The notes under the pieces were generated by a model, which made no database searches, was not told where the DNA came from, and worked only from the letters and a program-made list of their open reading frames with translations. From assembly GCA_017646325.1 (NCBI GenBank), contig JAGCMU010000061.1, positions 1 to 44,113 of the forward strand: 44,113 nt of DNA, written 5' to 3'. Every line of letters starts with the position of its first letter. Position 1 is the stretch's first letter. The translations under genes were made by a program, and so were the position numbers. Source of the DNA: Kiritimatiellia bacterium (lineage in GTDB: Bacteria > Verrucomicrobiota > Kiritimatiellia > RFP12 > UBA1067). Shown in pieces: positions 7,955 through 16,698 of this stretch.

Positions 7955-10900
7955 ATGTATTTAAAACAGTTGGAAATTCAAGGATTTAAATCCTTCGCCG
8001 ATCGTACGCGCCTCTCATTCGAGCCGGGCATGATTGCAATTGTCGGGCCGAACGGATGCGGTAAATCGAATGTTTCAGACGCTATCCGCTGGGTTCGCGG
8101 TGAACAACGCCCAACGGCAATACGCTGTTCGAAACTTGTAGATGTCGTATTCAACGGAACAGACACCCGTAAGCAATTGGGCTTGGCGGAAGTATCCATT
8201 ACCTTTGCCGATTGTGAAAAATTATTAGGCACTGATTATCACGAGGTTACTGTCACGCGCCGTGTCTACCGTGACGGATCAGGTGAATATTTCATCAATA
8301 AACAAGCGTGCAGATTGAAAGACGTGCACCGCCTCTTTATGGGTACGGGTATTGGTACGACATCGTACTCCGTTATGGCGCAGGGGCAAATCGACCAAAT
8401 CCTTTCATCAAAACCAGAAGACCGCCGCGCCGTTTTCGAAGAAGCCGCCGGCATCACAAAATTCAAGGCAGACCGCAAGGAAGCTCTCCGCAAGATTGAG
8501 CAGACTGAACAGAACCTTCAGCGCGAAGAAGACATTCTCCGCGAAATGAAGCGTCAAATCGGATCCTTGCAGCGTCAAGTAGGCAAGGCGGAAAAGTATC
8601 GCAAACTTCGTGACGAACTTCGCGGTCTTGATATTTACGTTTCGCGCGATAAGATTAAAATGTATTGCGATATGCTCGAAATCAATGCGAAAAACCGCAT
8701 GGATACGGAAGGCGAAATTGAAAAATGCGTAAATGATGTCAATGCCGCGGAATCTGCGTTGCAGCAACTTCATGCGGACCTTCACTCGATCGAGGAACGC
8801 CTCGCGACGCTTGCAAGCGCCGCCGCAGGAGCAGACAACGCCTACGCCCGCGCCCGCGAAATGATTGCGATGAACGAGCAGCGCATTTTGGAATATAAAG
8901 CGTGGAGCGAACGCGATGGACGCGAAATCAGCGCGACGCGTCAGCAAATCGAAGAAATAAAAATGCAGGCGGAATCGCTTACGCAAAAAACGGCGCTCCT
9001 TGAGGAAGGCTTGGAAACGGCGCGTGAAGCGTTGGAAGATGCAAATGCCGCATTCCGCGAATCGTCCGCAAAAATAGATTCAATGCGCCAAGCTTTGCAG
9101 GAAGAACGCGCTCAATCAGTTGCGTGCGATCGCCATGCCGCCGAAGTTCGGGATGAGATTGCACGCCTTGACGAACAAGTTCGCGCAGCGCTTTTGGCCC
9201 GTGAAAGGTTGACTGCAGAAGAGGTCCAGCTTAGCAATTCTGTTTTCGATGCGGAAGCGACGCTTGCAGCCGTTTTGGAACGCCTTGAATCCGCTCGCGC
9301 GGTGGAAGCGGATGCCCTTGCCGTAAATGAAGCTGCGGAAGAAGCCCGTGCCCAGCTCGCAGCGGAATTGGAAGATTTGCGTGCGAACTTCGGCGCAATG
9401 CAAAGCGAGGCGGCCGCGAAGGAAGCCCAACTTAATCTTCTTAACGAGGCGGCAGCTGCCGGCGATTCTTTTGCGGCAGGCGCTCAGGCCGTTCTTGATG
9501 GCAATTTGCAAATCGAGCCAGGCTCTGTGATAGGTCCGCTTGCGAATATGTTTGATGCGCCAAGTGATTTGAGAATTGCCCTTGAAGCATCTCTTCGTTC
9601 GTGGCTTGATGCTGTGGTTGTAAAAGATGCGGCAAGCGCAAAGGCTGTAATGGCGGCGGTAAAAGCAGGGGACGCAGGATCGATTCGCCTTATCGCTTCG
9701 GAATTTGCTGCAGATGAAAAAACTTGTGAAAACGTTGAAGTGAAAGGGAAAAGCATCCTTTCTTTGATTAGCGTTTCAGCGGGATTTGAAAATGCCGCCA
9801 AGCGACTTTTAGGAAATGTATATGTCGTTGAATCATTGGACGAGATCGGTGAAGGATATGAAAATACGGGGCTGATCTTTGTCACTAAGGATGGCGGCGT
9901 AGTGCGTGCAGACGGAATATCTGAAGTGTGGATGCCTGGCAGCGCGGCAGCATCACCTCTTTCGCGCCGTATGCTTCTCAATGAAACGGAACAAGCTCTC
10001 GAAGAGTTAAAGCGTAAAATCGTCAATGGACGCCAAACGCTTGAAACGGGAGCTGAAAAGTCCGCTGCGCTTGCCGCACAGGCAAAAGAGTCTGCGGTGA
10101 AATTGGCCGAGGCTCGCCGCACGGCCGCTCAGGCAGAAGGTGAACACGCAAGCGTTATGCGTGATGCGACACTCGTCCGTGAACGCCTTGAAAAAGTCCG
10201 CACGGAATTGCAGGCGATGAACAATGCAAACGCAGGTGACGATGCCAAGCGCGAAGAACTTGAAAGGGACTTGGAAGAAACTGTCGCCCGCCGCGATGCA
10301 CTCATGGAAAGAAGTTCATTGCATCAAGAAGAGTTGCAACGCCTTGAAATTTCTCATAGCGAAGAGAGCAGGATTCTTACAGAGCGTCGCATTGCAACCG
10401 CTCAAATGGAGAACGAGCTTCAATTGACATCGCGTCAGCAGTCTGACGCCGCTCGCCGCCGTGATGATTTGTTGAAGATGATCGAAGGGCGTGAAGCAGG
10501 TATTCGCGGATACGAAGATTCAATTAGAAATCTTAAAGAGGATTCTGCCGAATTGATGGCGTCGCTTGACGATTTGAAGGAAAAGGCCGTTGCTCTTCAC
10601 AATCAGATTGAAGAGGAAAAAGAAGGCCGCACATCAGTTCAAACCCGCCTTTATCAAGCAGAAGGCGGTGTTGGCGCAATTCGTCAAACTCTTGACAAGG
10701 CTCGCGAACGCAAAGGCAAGCTTGAAGTTGCGGCAACTGAACTTTCCTTCCACCGTCAAAATATTTACGACCATTTGAATCAAGAATACAGCCTTGATGC
10801 AAATGCCGTGATGCGTGAACCGGATCCCCAATGGGCGGGCGGTGTCGTCCCTCCAATTGAAGAACTTGAAAAGCGAGTTTCTCAGCTTAATGGCGAAATC

Positions 10901-11521
10901 AATGCTCTTGGGCCGGTTAATATGGTTGCAATTGACGAATTCCGCGAGCTTGAAGAGCGTTATACCCGTGAGAAGGCGCAAGAAGCGGATTTGATTGCCG
11001 CCAAGGAGCAGATTCGTGAACTCATCAATAATTTGAATGCGAAGAGCGGAGAATTGTTCCGTTCGACATTTGAAAAGGCAGATGAGAATTTCAGAAAGAT
11101 GTTCACAAAGCTTTTCAACGGCGGCGAGGCTCGATTGGTTCTTTTGGAAAATGCCGAAGATCCTCTCGAATGCGGTATTGATATTATCGCCCGTCCTCCA
11201 GGTAAGCGTCCACAAAGCGTCACGCTCCTTTCCGGTGGTGAACGCACGATGACGGCAGTCGCATTGCTTTTCGCAATCTTTATGATCAAGCCTGCACCGT
11301 TCTGTATGCTCGACGAATTGGATGCTGCTCTTGACGATGCGAATATTGGACGATTCGTTGAAGCGTTGAAAGAATTTCTTGACCGTTCTCAATTCCTCAT
11401 CATTACGCATAACCAGCACACAATTGCAGGTTCTGATATTGTCTATGGCGTAAGTCAGCAGGAAAAAGGTGTTTCAAGAATCATTTCAATGAAGCTTGCC
11501 GATATTGGCGTGAAATCATAA
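7955..11521 (+). CDS. smc: Chromosome segregation protein SMC
   Basis: GFKSF, Walker A GPNGCGKSN, coiled coils with central hinge, LSGGE signature, LDELDAALD Walker B/D-loop. Confidence 0.97.
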   Translation: MYLKQLEIQGFKSFADRTRLSFEPGMIAIVGPNGCGKSNVSDAIRWVRGEQRPTAIRCSKLVDVVFNGTDTRKQLGLAEVSITFADCEKLLGTDYHEVTVTRRVYRDGSGEYFINKQACRLKDVHRLFMGTGIGTTSYSVMAQGQIDQILSSKPEDRRAVFEEAAGITKFKADRKEALRKIEQTEQNLQREEDILREMKRQIGSLQRQVGKAEKYRKLRDELRGLDIYVSRDKIKMYCDMLEINAKNRMDTEGEIEKCVNDVNAAESALQQLHADLHSIEERLATLASAAAGADNAYARAREMIAMNEQRILEYKAWSERDGREISATRQQIEEIKMQAESLTQKTALLEEGLETAREALEDANAAFRESSAKIDSMRQALQEERAQSVACDRHAAEVRDEIARLDEQVRAALLARERLTAEEVQLSNSVFDAEATLAAVLERLESARAVEADALAVNEAAEEARAQLAAELEDLRANFGAMQSEAAAKEAQLNLLNEAAAAGDSFAAGAQAVLDGNLQIEPGSVIGPLANMFDAPSDLRIALEASLRSWLDAVVVKDAASAKAVMAAVKAGDAGSIRLIASEFAADEKTCENVEVKGKSILSLISVSAGFENAAKRLLGNVYVVESLDEIGEGYENTGLIFVTKDGGVVRADGISEVWMPGSAAASPLSRRMLLNETEQALEELKRKIVNGRQTLETGAEKSAALAAQAKESAVKLAEARRTAAQAEGEHASVMRDATLVRERLEKVRTELQAMNNANAGDDAKREELERDLEETVARRDALMERSSLHQEELQRLEISHSEESRILTERRIATAQMENELQLTSRQQSDAARRRDDLLKMIEGREAGIRGYEDSIRNLKEDSAELMASLDDLKEKAVALHNQIEEEKEGRTSVQTRLYQAEGGVGAIRQTLDKARERKGKLEVAATELSFHRQNIYDHLNQEYSLDANAVMREPDPQWAGGVVPPIEELEKRVSQLNGEINALGPVNMVAIDEFRELEERYTREKAQEADLIAAKEQIRELINNLNAKSGELFRSTFEKADENFRKMFTKLFNGGEARLVLLENAEDPLECGIDIIARPPGKRPQSVTLLSGGERTMTAVALLFAIFMIKPAPFCMLDELDAALDDANIGRFVEALKEFLDRSQFLIITHNQHTIAGSDIVYGVSQQEKGVSRIISMKLADIGVKS

Positions 11522-11637
11522 AAATATGGTGCGGTTGGACTGCCGGAGGGGTAGGCTTGACGTCAGGGAATTTCAAGTCTGCCAGAATCAACCCGTCCAA
11601 TCCGCACCGTTCATTTAGTGCGCTCTAAACGTCAATA
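11503..11637. ncRNA. Rod-like structured RNA candidate (6S-like architecture) or extended terminator element
   Basis: Nested stems 11528-11540/11595-11608, 11550-11560/11573-11583 and 11503-11511/11629-11637; GC-rich island in an AT-rich intergenic region. Confidence 0.4.
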
Positions 11638-11675
11638 ATATTAACAAATCGCTATAAAAAAATAAATACGAAGCG

Positions 11676-11777
11676 TGTAAAATCTATGTAAAATCTTTGT
11701 AAAAAAATTACACTGTTTTGTAAAATTTCTACATGGTTTTGTATGCGATTTGTAAAATGATAATGAGGAATTTTACA
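11676..11777. repeat. Helically phased TGTAAAA(T) direct-repeat array
   Basis: TGTAAAA at 11676, 11687, 11698, 11719 and 11751; partial TGTA at 11740; inverted copies TTACA at 11708 and ATTTTACA at 11770. Confidence 0.65.
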
Positions 11778-11904
11778 CCATGCAAACCTCAAAAAATGGT
11801 ATAATATTTAAGTATGTAGACTTTCAGAGCGAATATTTTTAACAAGGAAAGCACTTTGTGTGGAAATTTGGTAAGATATACTCTGTTCACGAAAGGATTA
11901 TAAA

Positions 11905-12891
11905 ATGAATGTTTTCAAAGGATTTCTAATTGCGTCTGCACTTCTGTCGGTTTTTATTGCAGGATGCGCAAACGATGACGGCAGTAAAGATTACGGCGCA
12001 GCCCGCCAGGCAATAGAAGAAGGGCGTTATGAAGATGCTGTTTCATTTCTTGAAAGAGCGTGTGTGAAGTGTCCGACTAATTTTGCGGCTTTCCTCGATT
12101 TGTCTGTTACCCACTTGCGTTTAGGGAATAAGGTAAAGGCAGAAGGGGCTATCACAAAAGCGTTGAAAATCAATCCTGAATCTGCAGAAGCCGTCATTGT
12201 CGAAGGGCAAATCGCATACGAGAAAGAGGATTATACCCACGCGTACGCTAATCTTGATTATGTGATTGAAGAGAAGTCCTTGCCAAATAAAGTCCGTTCG
12301 ATCGCATACGTTTCTCGTTCAGTCGTGAAGTATGTGGAAAAAGATTTTGACGGAGCGAAAATCGATGCGCTGATGGCGTTGTCTTTAAACCAGCGCAATG
12401 CCGCTGCGTGGAATCAAATCGGAATTATTTCAAGGGATTCCCGTTATTTTGAAGCGGCTAATTTGCAATTCGCAATGGCGGGGCGTTGTCTTCCCGTCGG
12501 TGATTTGCGCAGAGAAAGAATTGAAAATAAAGTGTTGGGCGATTTGCGCAAGCGTTTGGAGATTGAAGCTTCAAAGGGTGCTAAAAAGGTAACGTTTGCA
12601 GAAGCTAAAAAACTTGCTTCGCTTGCAAAGAAGGCTGCGGCCGTCGATAAGGCTCTTGCGGCTTATCGCGGAGCGATGAACAGCGAGCCGTTTAATCAGG
12701 ATATTTACGTTTCCGCAATCAAGTTTGCCAAGCAGAACGGGCGTTGGCCTGCGGTTGTCGAGTTTGCTCAACGCTCTTTGTTGCATGAGCCGGGAAATAA
12801 GGCGTCTGCAAAGCAAATGAAAGAAGCTCTTTATAAGGTCGGGCGTCGTTCAGAAGTTGCCGCTTGGGAAGAATATATTTCAACATTATAA
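11905..12891 (+). CDS. Tetratricopeptide-repeat lipoprotein
   Basis: Lipobox IAGC; TPR helices such as ALKINPESAEA and NAAAWNQIG. Confidence 0.85.
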   Translation: MNVFKGFLIASALLSVFIAGCANDDGSKDYGAARQAIEEGRYEDAVSFLERACVKCPTNFAAFLDLSVTHLRLGNKVKAEGAITKALKINPESAEAVIVEGQIAYEKEDYTHAYANLDYVIEEKSLPNKVRSIAYVSRSVVKYVEKDFDGAKIDALMALSLNQRNAAAWNQIGIISRDSRYFEAANLQFAMAGRCLPVGDLRRERIENKVLGDLRKRLEIEASKGAKKVTFAEAKKLASLAKKAAAVDKALAAYRGAMNSEPFNQDIYVSAIKFAKQNGRWPAVVEFAQRSLLHEPGNKASAKQMKEALYKVGRRSEVAAWEEYISTL

Positions 12892-12906
12892 AATCGGCGA
12901 TAAACG

Positions 12907-13362
12907 ATGGAAGCTTTTACGGTAACAGATCTTGCTATTGGTGTTATGACCGTTATCTTTATGGGTATCGGTCTTTGGCGTGGCATTTCAGGCGAAATAG
13001 CTTCATTTGTCGGTTTGCTCGTTTCTATTTTTTCATCTTACCTGTTTTATGGAGTTTCATGTACGCTTGCAGGGAATTTCGGTTTTACAGGAACGACTCA
13101 TATTGTTATTGCCGCTCTGATTACCGTTTTATTTGGGATTTTAGTTTACGGCATAACGTGGTTTCTCGTCAATAAATTCATATCGATATGCGTGCGTCAG
13201 CCGACAAATGCGATTTTAGGCTCGTTAATAGGTTTCGGGAAGGCTCTTGCAATTGTTGTCATCCTCATTTGGTTTAATATTGTCGGTGTTGACGGTTCTG
13301 GATGGTTAGATGTAAAAACGCCGCCTCTTAATGCTATTTTTAATTTAGTGCATCAGTTTTAG
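12907..13362 (+). CDS. cvpA: CvpA family (colicin V production) membrane protein
   Basis: GLWRGISGEI and NAILGSLIGFGKA motifs; about four TM segments. Confidence 0.8.
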   Translation: MEAFTVTDLAIGVMTVIFMGIGLWRGISGEIASFVGLLVSIFSSYLFYGVSCTLAGNFGFTGTTHIVIAALITVLFGILVYGITWFLVNKFISICVRQPTNAILGSLIGFGKALAIVVILIWFNIVGVDGSGWLDVKTPPLNAIFNLVHQF

Positions 13363-13379
13363 CGGAGGAGTCTACTTTT

Positions 13380-13952
13380 GTGTCGGACGATGATTCCCAA
13401 TTGATGGTGCTTGCTTCTCGTGGCTCGCAAGTAAGTTTTTCAAAATTAGTTGATAAATACAGCGATGTATTGTTGAACTTTTTTATGCGTAAAAACATTT
13501 CGTATGAAAATTCACAAGACCTTGCACAACTTACTTTTTTAAAGCTGTGGAATTATCGAAAAAAATATACGGCGCAATCTAAGTTCCTGACATTCCTTTT
13601 TTTGTTGGCAGGACAGGTGGCGATTGATTTTTTCCGTCGGGAAGGGCGTCAGAAGATAATTCGCGAAGAACTTGAACGGGACGCAGATTTAGTCGCAAAT
13701 GAACTTAATCCCGTTAATGAAATAGATGAAAAAGGTGCGATGGTGCGCAAGGCTATTTCCGCTTTGCCGGAAGGCTTGAGAGACGCCGTGGAACTTGGAA
13801 TTATTCAAGAGTTGAAGTATGTCGAGGTTTCTAAAATTTTGGGAATCCCCGAAGGTACGGTAAAATCAAGGATTTTTACGGCGATGAAAAAGTTAAAAGA
13901 AATTTTGCTTTCATCAGGATACAAAATCAAGGCTCAAGGGGGCGACAAATAA
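13380..13952 (+). CDS. ECF-family RNA polymerase sigma factor
   Basis: Region 2 QDLAQLTFLKLW; region 4 LKYVEVSKILGIPEGTVKSRIF; GGAGGAG RBS before GTG. Confidence 0.93.
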   Translation: MSDDDSQLMVLASRGSQVSFSKLVDKYSDVLLNFFMRKNISYENSQDLAQLTFLKLWNYRKKYTAQSKFLTFLFLLAGQVAIDFFRREGRQKIIREELERDADLVANELNPVNEIDEKGAMVRKAISALPEGLRDAVELGIIQELKYVEVSKILGIPEGTVKSRIFTAMKKLKEILLSSGYKIKAQGGDK

Positions 13953-13955
13953 AAT

Positions 13956-15218
13956 ATGAAGGGTGCTTTTAAATTAGCGTGGCGCGCGTTGGTCCGTGGC
14001 GGAAGTTTTTATGCATTGATTGTCGCGACGTTTGGAATTTATTTTTTAATGCCGTCATTGATTCGCTCCGACGGAACTCTTTCAGGTGCGGAAGAGATGT
14101 TTATCCGTGTTATCACGGGTGGGGCGTATGGCGTATTGTTGATTTCAATTTTATGCGCAGCGTCGAGTTTCTTTTCAAATGAGCGTGTCGCAGGGCGCTT
14201 GTCACTTTCGTTAGTCCGCCCGGTATCGGCATTTTCATCGATGGTTGGAGTATGGGGCGCATTTTGTTCAATTGCGCTTTGTGTACTTGTCTGTTCCGGG
14301 GTTTTGACTTTAATGCTCTCTCCATTTAAATCGGGTGCGCCATGCAATCATCACCATGCTCCGATTTTGCCGCCTCCGGAAGTCGCGGCACGGCAGATAA
14401 TGGACGCGTATTTGAACAATCCCCAAACGCCTGAAGAAGTCCGCAACGCCCCTAAGGCGACAGTTCTCGCGTTTTTGGCAACGAAGGAAGCGGACAGATA
14501 TGAATCAATACGGACTAATGCCGTGCAGGCATGGGAGTTTGACGCGGGGGTGTTGAATGCAGACGAGATTAAGGTGCGAGTCCGATTTTCTACTGCGATG
14601 GAGATGCGCTCTGATGTTGTCGGCCGCTTTGCGATAGATTCGTGGGGCGTTGCGTTTTCAAATAAAACGCAAACGGCGATTGATGTTCCATTGGAAAAGG
14701 GAATAGTTAAAAATGTCGCTCCGGTAAAAGACGGGAAGTGTTTACTTGCTTTTTCAAACAAGGGTGATGCGTCTGTGATGTTGCGTCCGCGCAAAGACAT
14801 TGAACTTCTCACCCCTGCAGATCCTTTCGAGATGAACCTTGTCCGTTCAATTATTATGCAGTTTTTCGTGATTTCATTGGTGGGGGCGTTTGGGCTCTTT
14901 TTATCTTCTGGGCTTTCTCGTCCAGTCGCGATATTCACTTCTTTAGTTTCGTTGTCTGTTGTAACGATGTCGCCAAGCGTAGTTGATCAATATCCGAATG
15001 AGTTTGAAACGACTTGGGCTGACAGATTCGGCCTTTGGATATCGCGAGCCGTTCATGATATGACTAAATGGATTGAATCTCCTTCTCCCATAGAGTCTCT
15101 TTCAATAAACAGGTGTATCGAATGGACGGATATCTGCGAGGCCGGTATTACGTGCATTGTGGTTTCAATCGTCTTGCTATCCCTCGGATCGATGACACTT
15201 AGAAAAAAGATATCATAG
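13956..15218 (+). CDS. ABC-2-type permease-like membrane protein with a large extracytoplasmic loop
   Basis: N-terminal TMs with ERVAGRLSLSLVRPVS (ABC-2-like motif), soluble middle, C-terminal TMs. Confidence 0.55.
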   Translation: MKGAFKLAWRALVRGGSFYALIVATFGIYFLMPSLIRSDGTLSGAEEMFIRVITGGAYGVLLISILCAASSFFSNERVAGRLSLSLVRPVSAFSSMVGVWGAFCSIALCVLVCSGVLTLMLSPFKSGAPCNHHHAPILPPPEVAARQIMDAYLNNPQTPEEVRNAPKATVLAFLATKEADRYESIRTNAVQAWEFDAGVLNADEIKVRVRFSTAMEMRSDVVGRFAIDSWGVAFSNKTQTAIDVPLEKGIVKNVAPVKDGKCLLAFSNKGDASVMLRPRKDIELLTPADPFEMNLVRSIIMQFFVISLVGAFGLFLSSGLSRPVAIFTSLVSLSVVTMSPSVVDQYPNEFETTWADRFGLWISRAVHDMTKWIESPSPIESLSINRCIEWTDICEAGITCIVVSIVLLSLGSMTLRKKIS

Positions 15219-15231
15219 TCACGGCAAATAA

Positions 15232-15240
15232 TGGTATAAT
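15232..15240 (+). promoter_or_regulatory. Extended -10 promoter 8 nt before the uppP ATG
   Basis: TGgTATAAT, then ATTTCGGT, then ATG; no Shine-Dalgarno. Confidence 0.55.
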
Positions 15241-15248
15241 ATTTCGGT

Positions 15249-16028
15249 ATGCAAAATTTTATAGATGTTACAATTCTTTCTGTCTTGCAAGGTGTTGCAG
15301 AATTTCTCCCTATCTCAAGTTCAGGTCATCTTGTGATAGGGCAGCACCTTCTTGGGGTTAATGCTCCTGGAATGCGTCTTGATACTTTCCTTCATCTCGG
15401 GACGCTTTTGGCTATTTTTGTATACTATCGGAAAGTCGTTTTTTCTCTTCTTTCAGGGATGTTTCGAAGAGATTTGTCTTCATGGAAATACATTGCGAAG
15501 ATTTTAATTTCATCTGTTCCCGCCATAGTAATTTACGTCTTCTTTAAAGAAAAGATAGAGGGACTTTTTGAAAACGCAAAAATGACAGGCGCGTTATTGA
15601 TGTTTACGGCGGCTGTTTTGTGCATTACGAAATACTTGCCGCAAGGGAAGAAGGATATTTCTTTTAAACGCGCATTCTACATGGGCGTAGCTCAGGCTAT
15701 TGCTCTTTTACCAGGCGTTTCCCGCAGCGGAATGACGCTTACATCTTCAAGAATGACGCATATCGAACCGGAAAAGGCGGCGGAATTTTCCTTCCTTATG
15801 TCGGCTCCGCTTATCGCAGGCGCAGCGGTTTTGCAAACCGTAAAATCATTTTCAGAATCTCAAGCAAATGAAATTTCATGGTCACTTACTATTTACGGGC
15901 TTATTGTTGCCGCCATCATAGGTTATTTTTCACTTGCCGTTCTCGTTAAAACTTTAAAGAGCAGCAAGTTTTGGCTTTTTGGCGTATATTGTTTTGTCGC
16001 GGGTTTGTTGACACTTTGTTTTTGTTAA
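15249..16028 (+). CDS. uppP: Undecaprenyl-diphosphatase (BacA)
   Basis: QGVAEFLPISSSGHL and LLPGVSRSGMT motifs. Confidence 0.96.
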   Translation: MQNFIDVTILSVLQGVAEFLPISSSGHLVIGQHLLGVNAPGMRLDTFLHLGTLLAIFVYYRKVVFSLLSGMFRRDLSSWKYIAKILISSVPAIVIYVFFKEKIEGLFENAKMTGALLMFTAAVLCITKYLPQGKKDISFKRAFYMGVAQAIALLPGVSRSGMTLTSSRMTHIEPEKAAEFSFLMSAPLIAGAAVLQTVKSFSESQANEISWSLTIYGLIVAAIIGYFSLAVLVKTLKSSKFWLFGVYCFVAGLLTLCFC

Positions 16029-16043
16029 TTAAAACTTCTTCAC

Positions 16044-16072
16044 TTGAAGATTTTGCCGTAAAATAGTATACT
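16044..16072 (+). promoter_or_regulatory. Sigma70-type promoter of grpE-dnaJ-rsmE
   Basis: TTGAAG-17bp-TATACT. Confidence 0.6.
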
Positions 16073-16120
16073 TAATAATTCAAATTTTCACTTTTTAAAA
16101 AAAGAGAAATAGGATTTAAA

Positions 16121-16696
16121 ATGGAAAAAGAAAATAAAGTTGAGGAAATGAACGATAGCAAGGTTGAGGAGGCCCAAGCAATGTCAAATGCTGCTCCTCA
16201 AGGTGATGCTGCAAGCGAAACGCCTGAAGAAAAAGTTCAAAATGAAGAGGTGAAAGAAGAAAAGGCGGCAGAACCAGATTGGAAAGATCAATATGCCCGT
16301 ACGTTAGCCGATTTTGACAACTTCCGTCGCCGCACGATTCGCGATAGAGAGGAGCTTTTAAAGCAGGCGTCTGCCGATATCATCAAACAGATTCTTCCAT
16401 CTGTCGATAATTTGCTTCTTGCATTAAGCAAGGCGGAAAATTTAGAGGACCCCTTTGTTGCAGGCGTAAAACTTGTATACGACGGTATTTTAAAAACGCT
16501 TGAATCGAATGGCGCTACGCCAATAGATTCTTTGGGAGAACCCTTTGACACGTCTTACCACGAAGCCCTTGCTCAATTGCCAAGCGAAGAAGTCGAAGAG
16601 GGCCATGTGATGACAGAGGTTAAGCGTGGATGGCTTTTAAACGGAAAGCTTCTTCGTGCTGCGCAAGTTGTGGTTTCCTCGGGTAAGGGAGAATAA
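16121..16696 (+). CDS. grpE: Nucleotide exchange factor GrpE
   Basis: ADFDNFRRR, GEPFDTSYHEA and GWLLNGKLLRAAQVVV motifs. Confidence 0.96.
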   Translation: MEKENKVEEMNDSKVEEAQAMSNAAPQGDAASETPEEKVQNEEVKEEKAAEPDWKDQYARTLADFDNFRRRTIRDREELLKQASADIIKQILPSVDNLLLALSKAENLEDPFVAGVKLVYDGILKTLESNGATPIDSLGEPFDTSYHEALAQLPSEEVEEGHVMTEVKRGWLLNGKLLRAAQVVVSSGKGE

Positions 16697-16698
16697 CG

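Noticed and set aside
8095-8097. SMC reads WVRGEQ where WVLGEQ is usual
   Set aside because: A single-base difference could be a sequencing error or tolerated variant; it cannot be judged without reads
10634-11419. 261-aa minus-strand ORF within smc, and similar antisense ORFs across the window
   Set aside because: Antisense shadows of conserved genes with no RBS or motifs
11527-11608. Minus strand reads GGUGCGG...CCGCACCA, like a tRNA acceptor stem
   Set aside because: No T-arm GUUCRA, D-arm or anticodon arm; it folds as a rod, not a cloverleaf
11526-11618. 30-codon plus-strand ORF (MVRLDCRRG...) through the hairpin
   Set aside because: No RBS, no recognisable or hydrophobic toxin-like character; the pairing pattern better explains the sequence
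11676-11777. CRISPR interpretation of the repeat array
   Set aside because: Units are only 7-10 bp with no spacers of CRISPR length and no cas genes
11855-11895. TGTGGAAAT and TGTTCACGAAA resemble a DnaA box and a parS half-site
   Set aside because: Single, mismatched copies; not enough to call oriC or parS
16029-16120. Looked for a CIRCE element upstream of grpE-dnaJ
   Set aside because: No TTAGCACTC-N9-GAGTGCTAA; separation of dnaK/hrcA from grpE-dnaJ is not unusual
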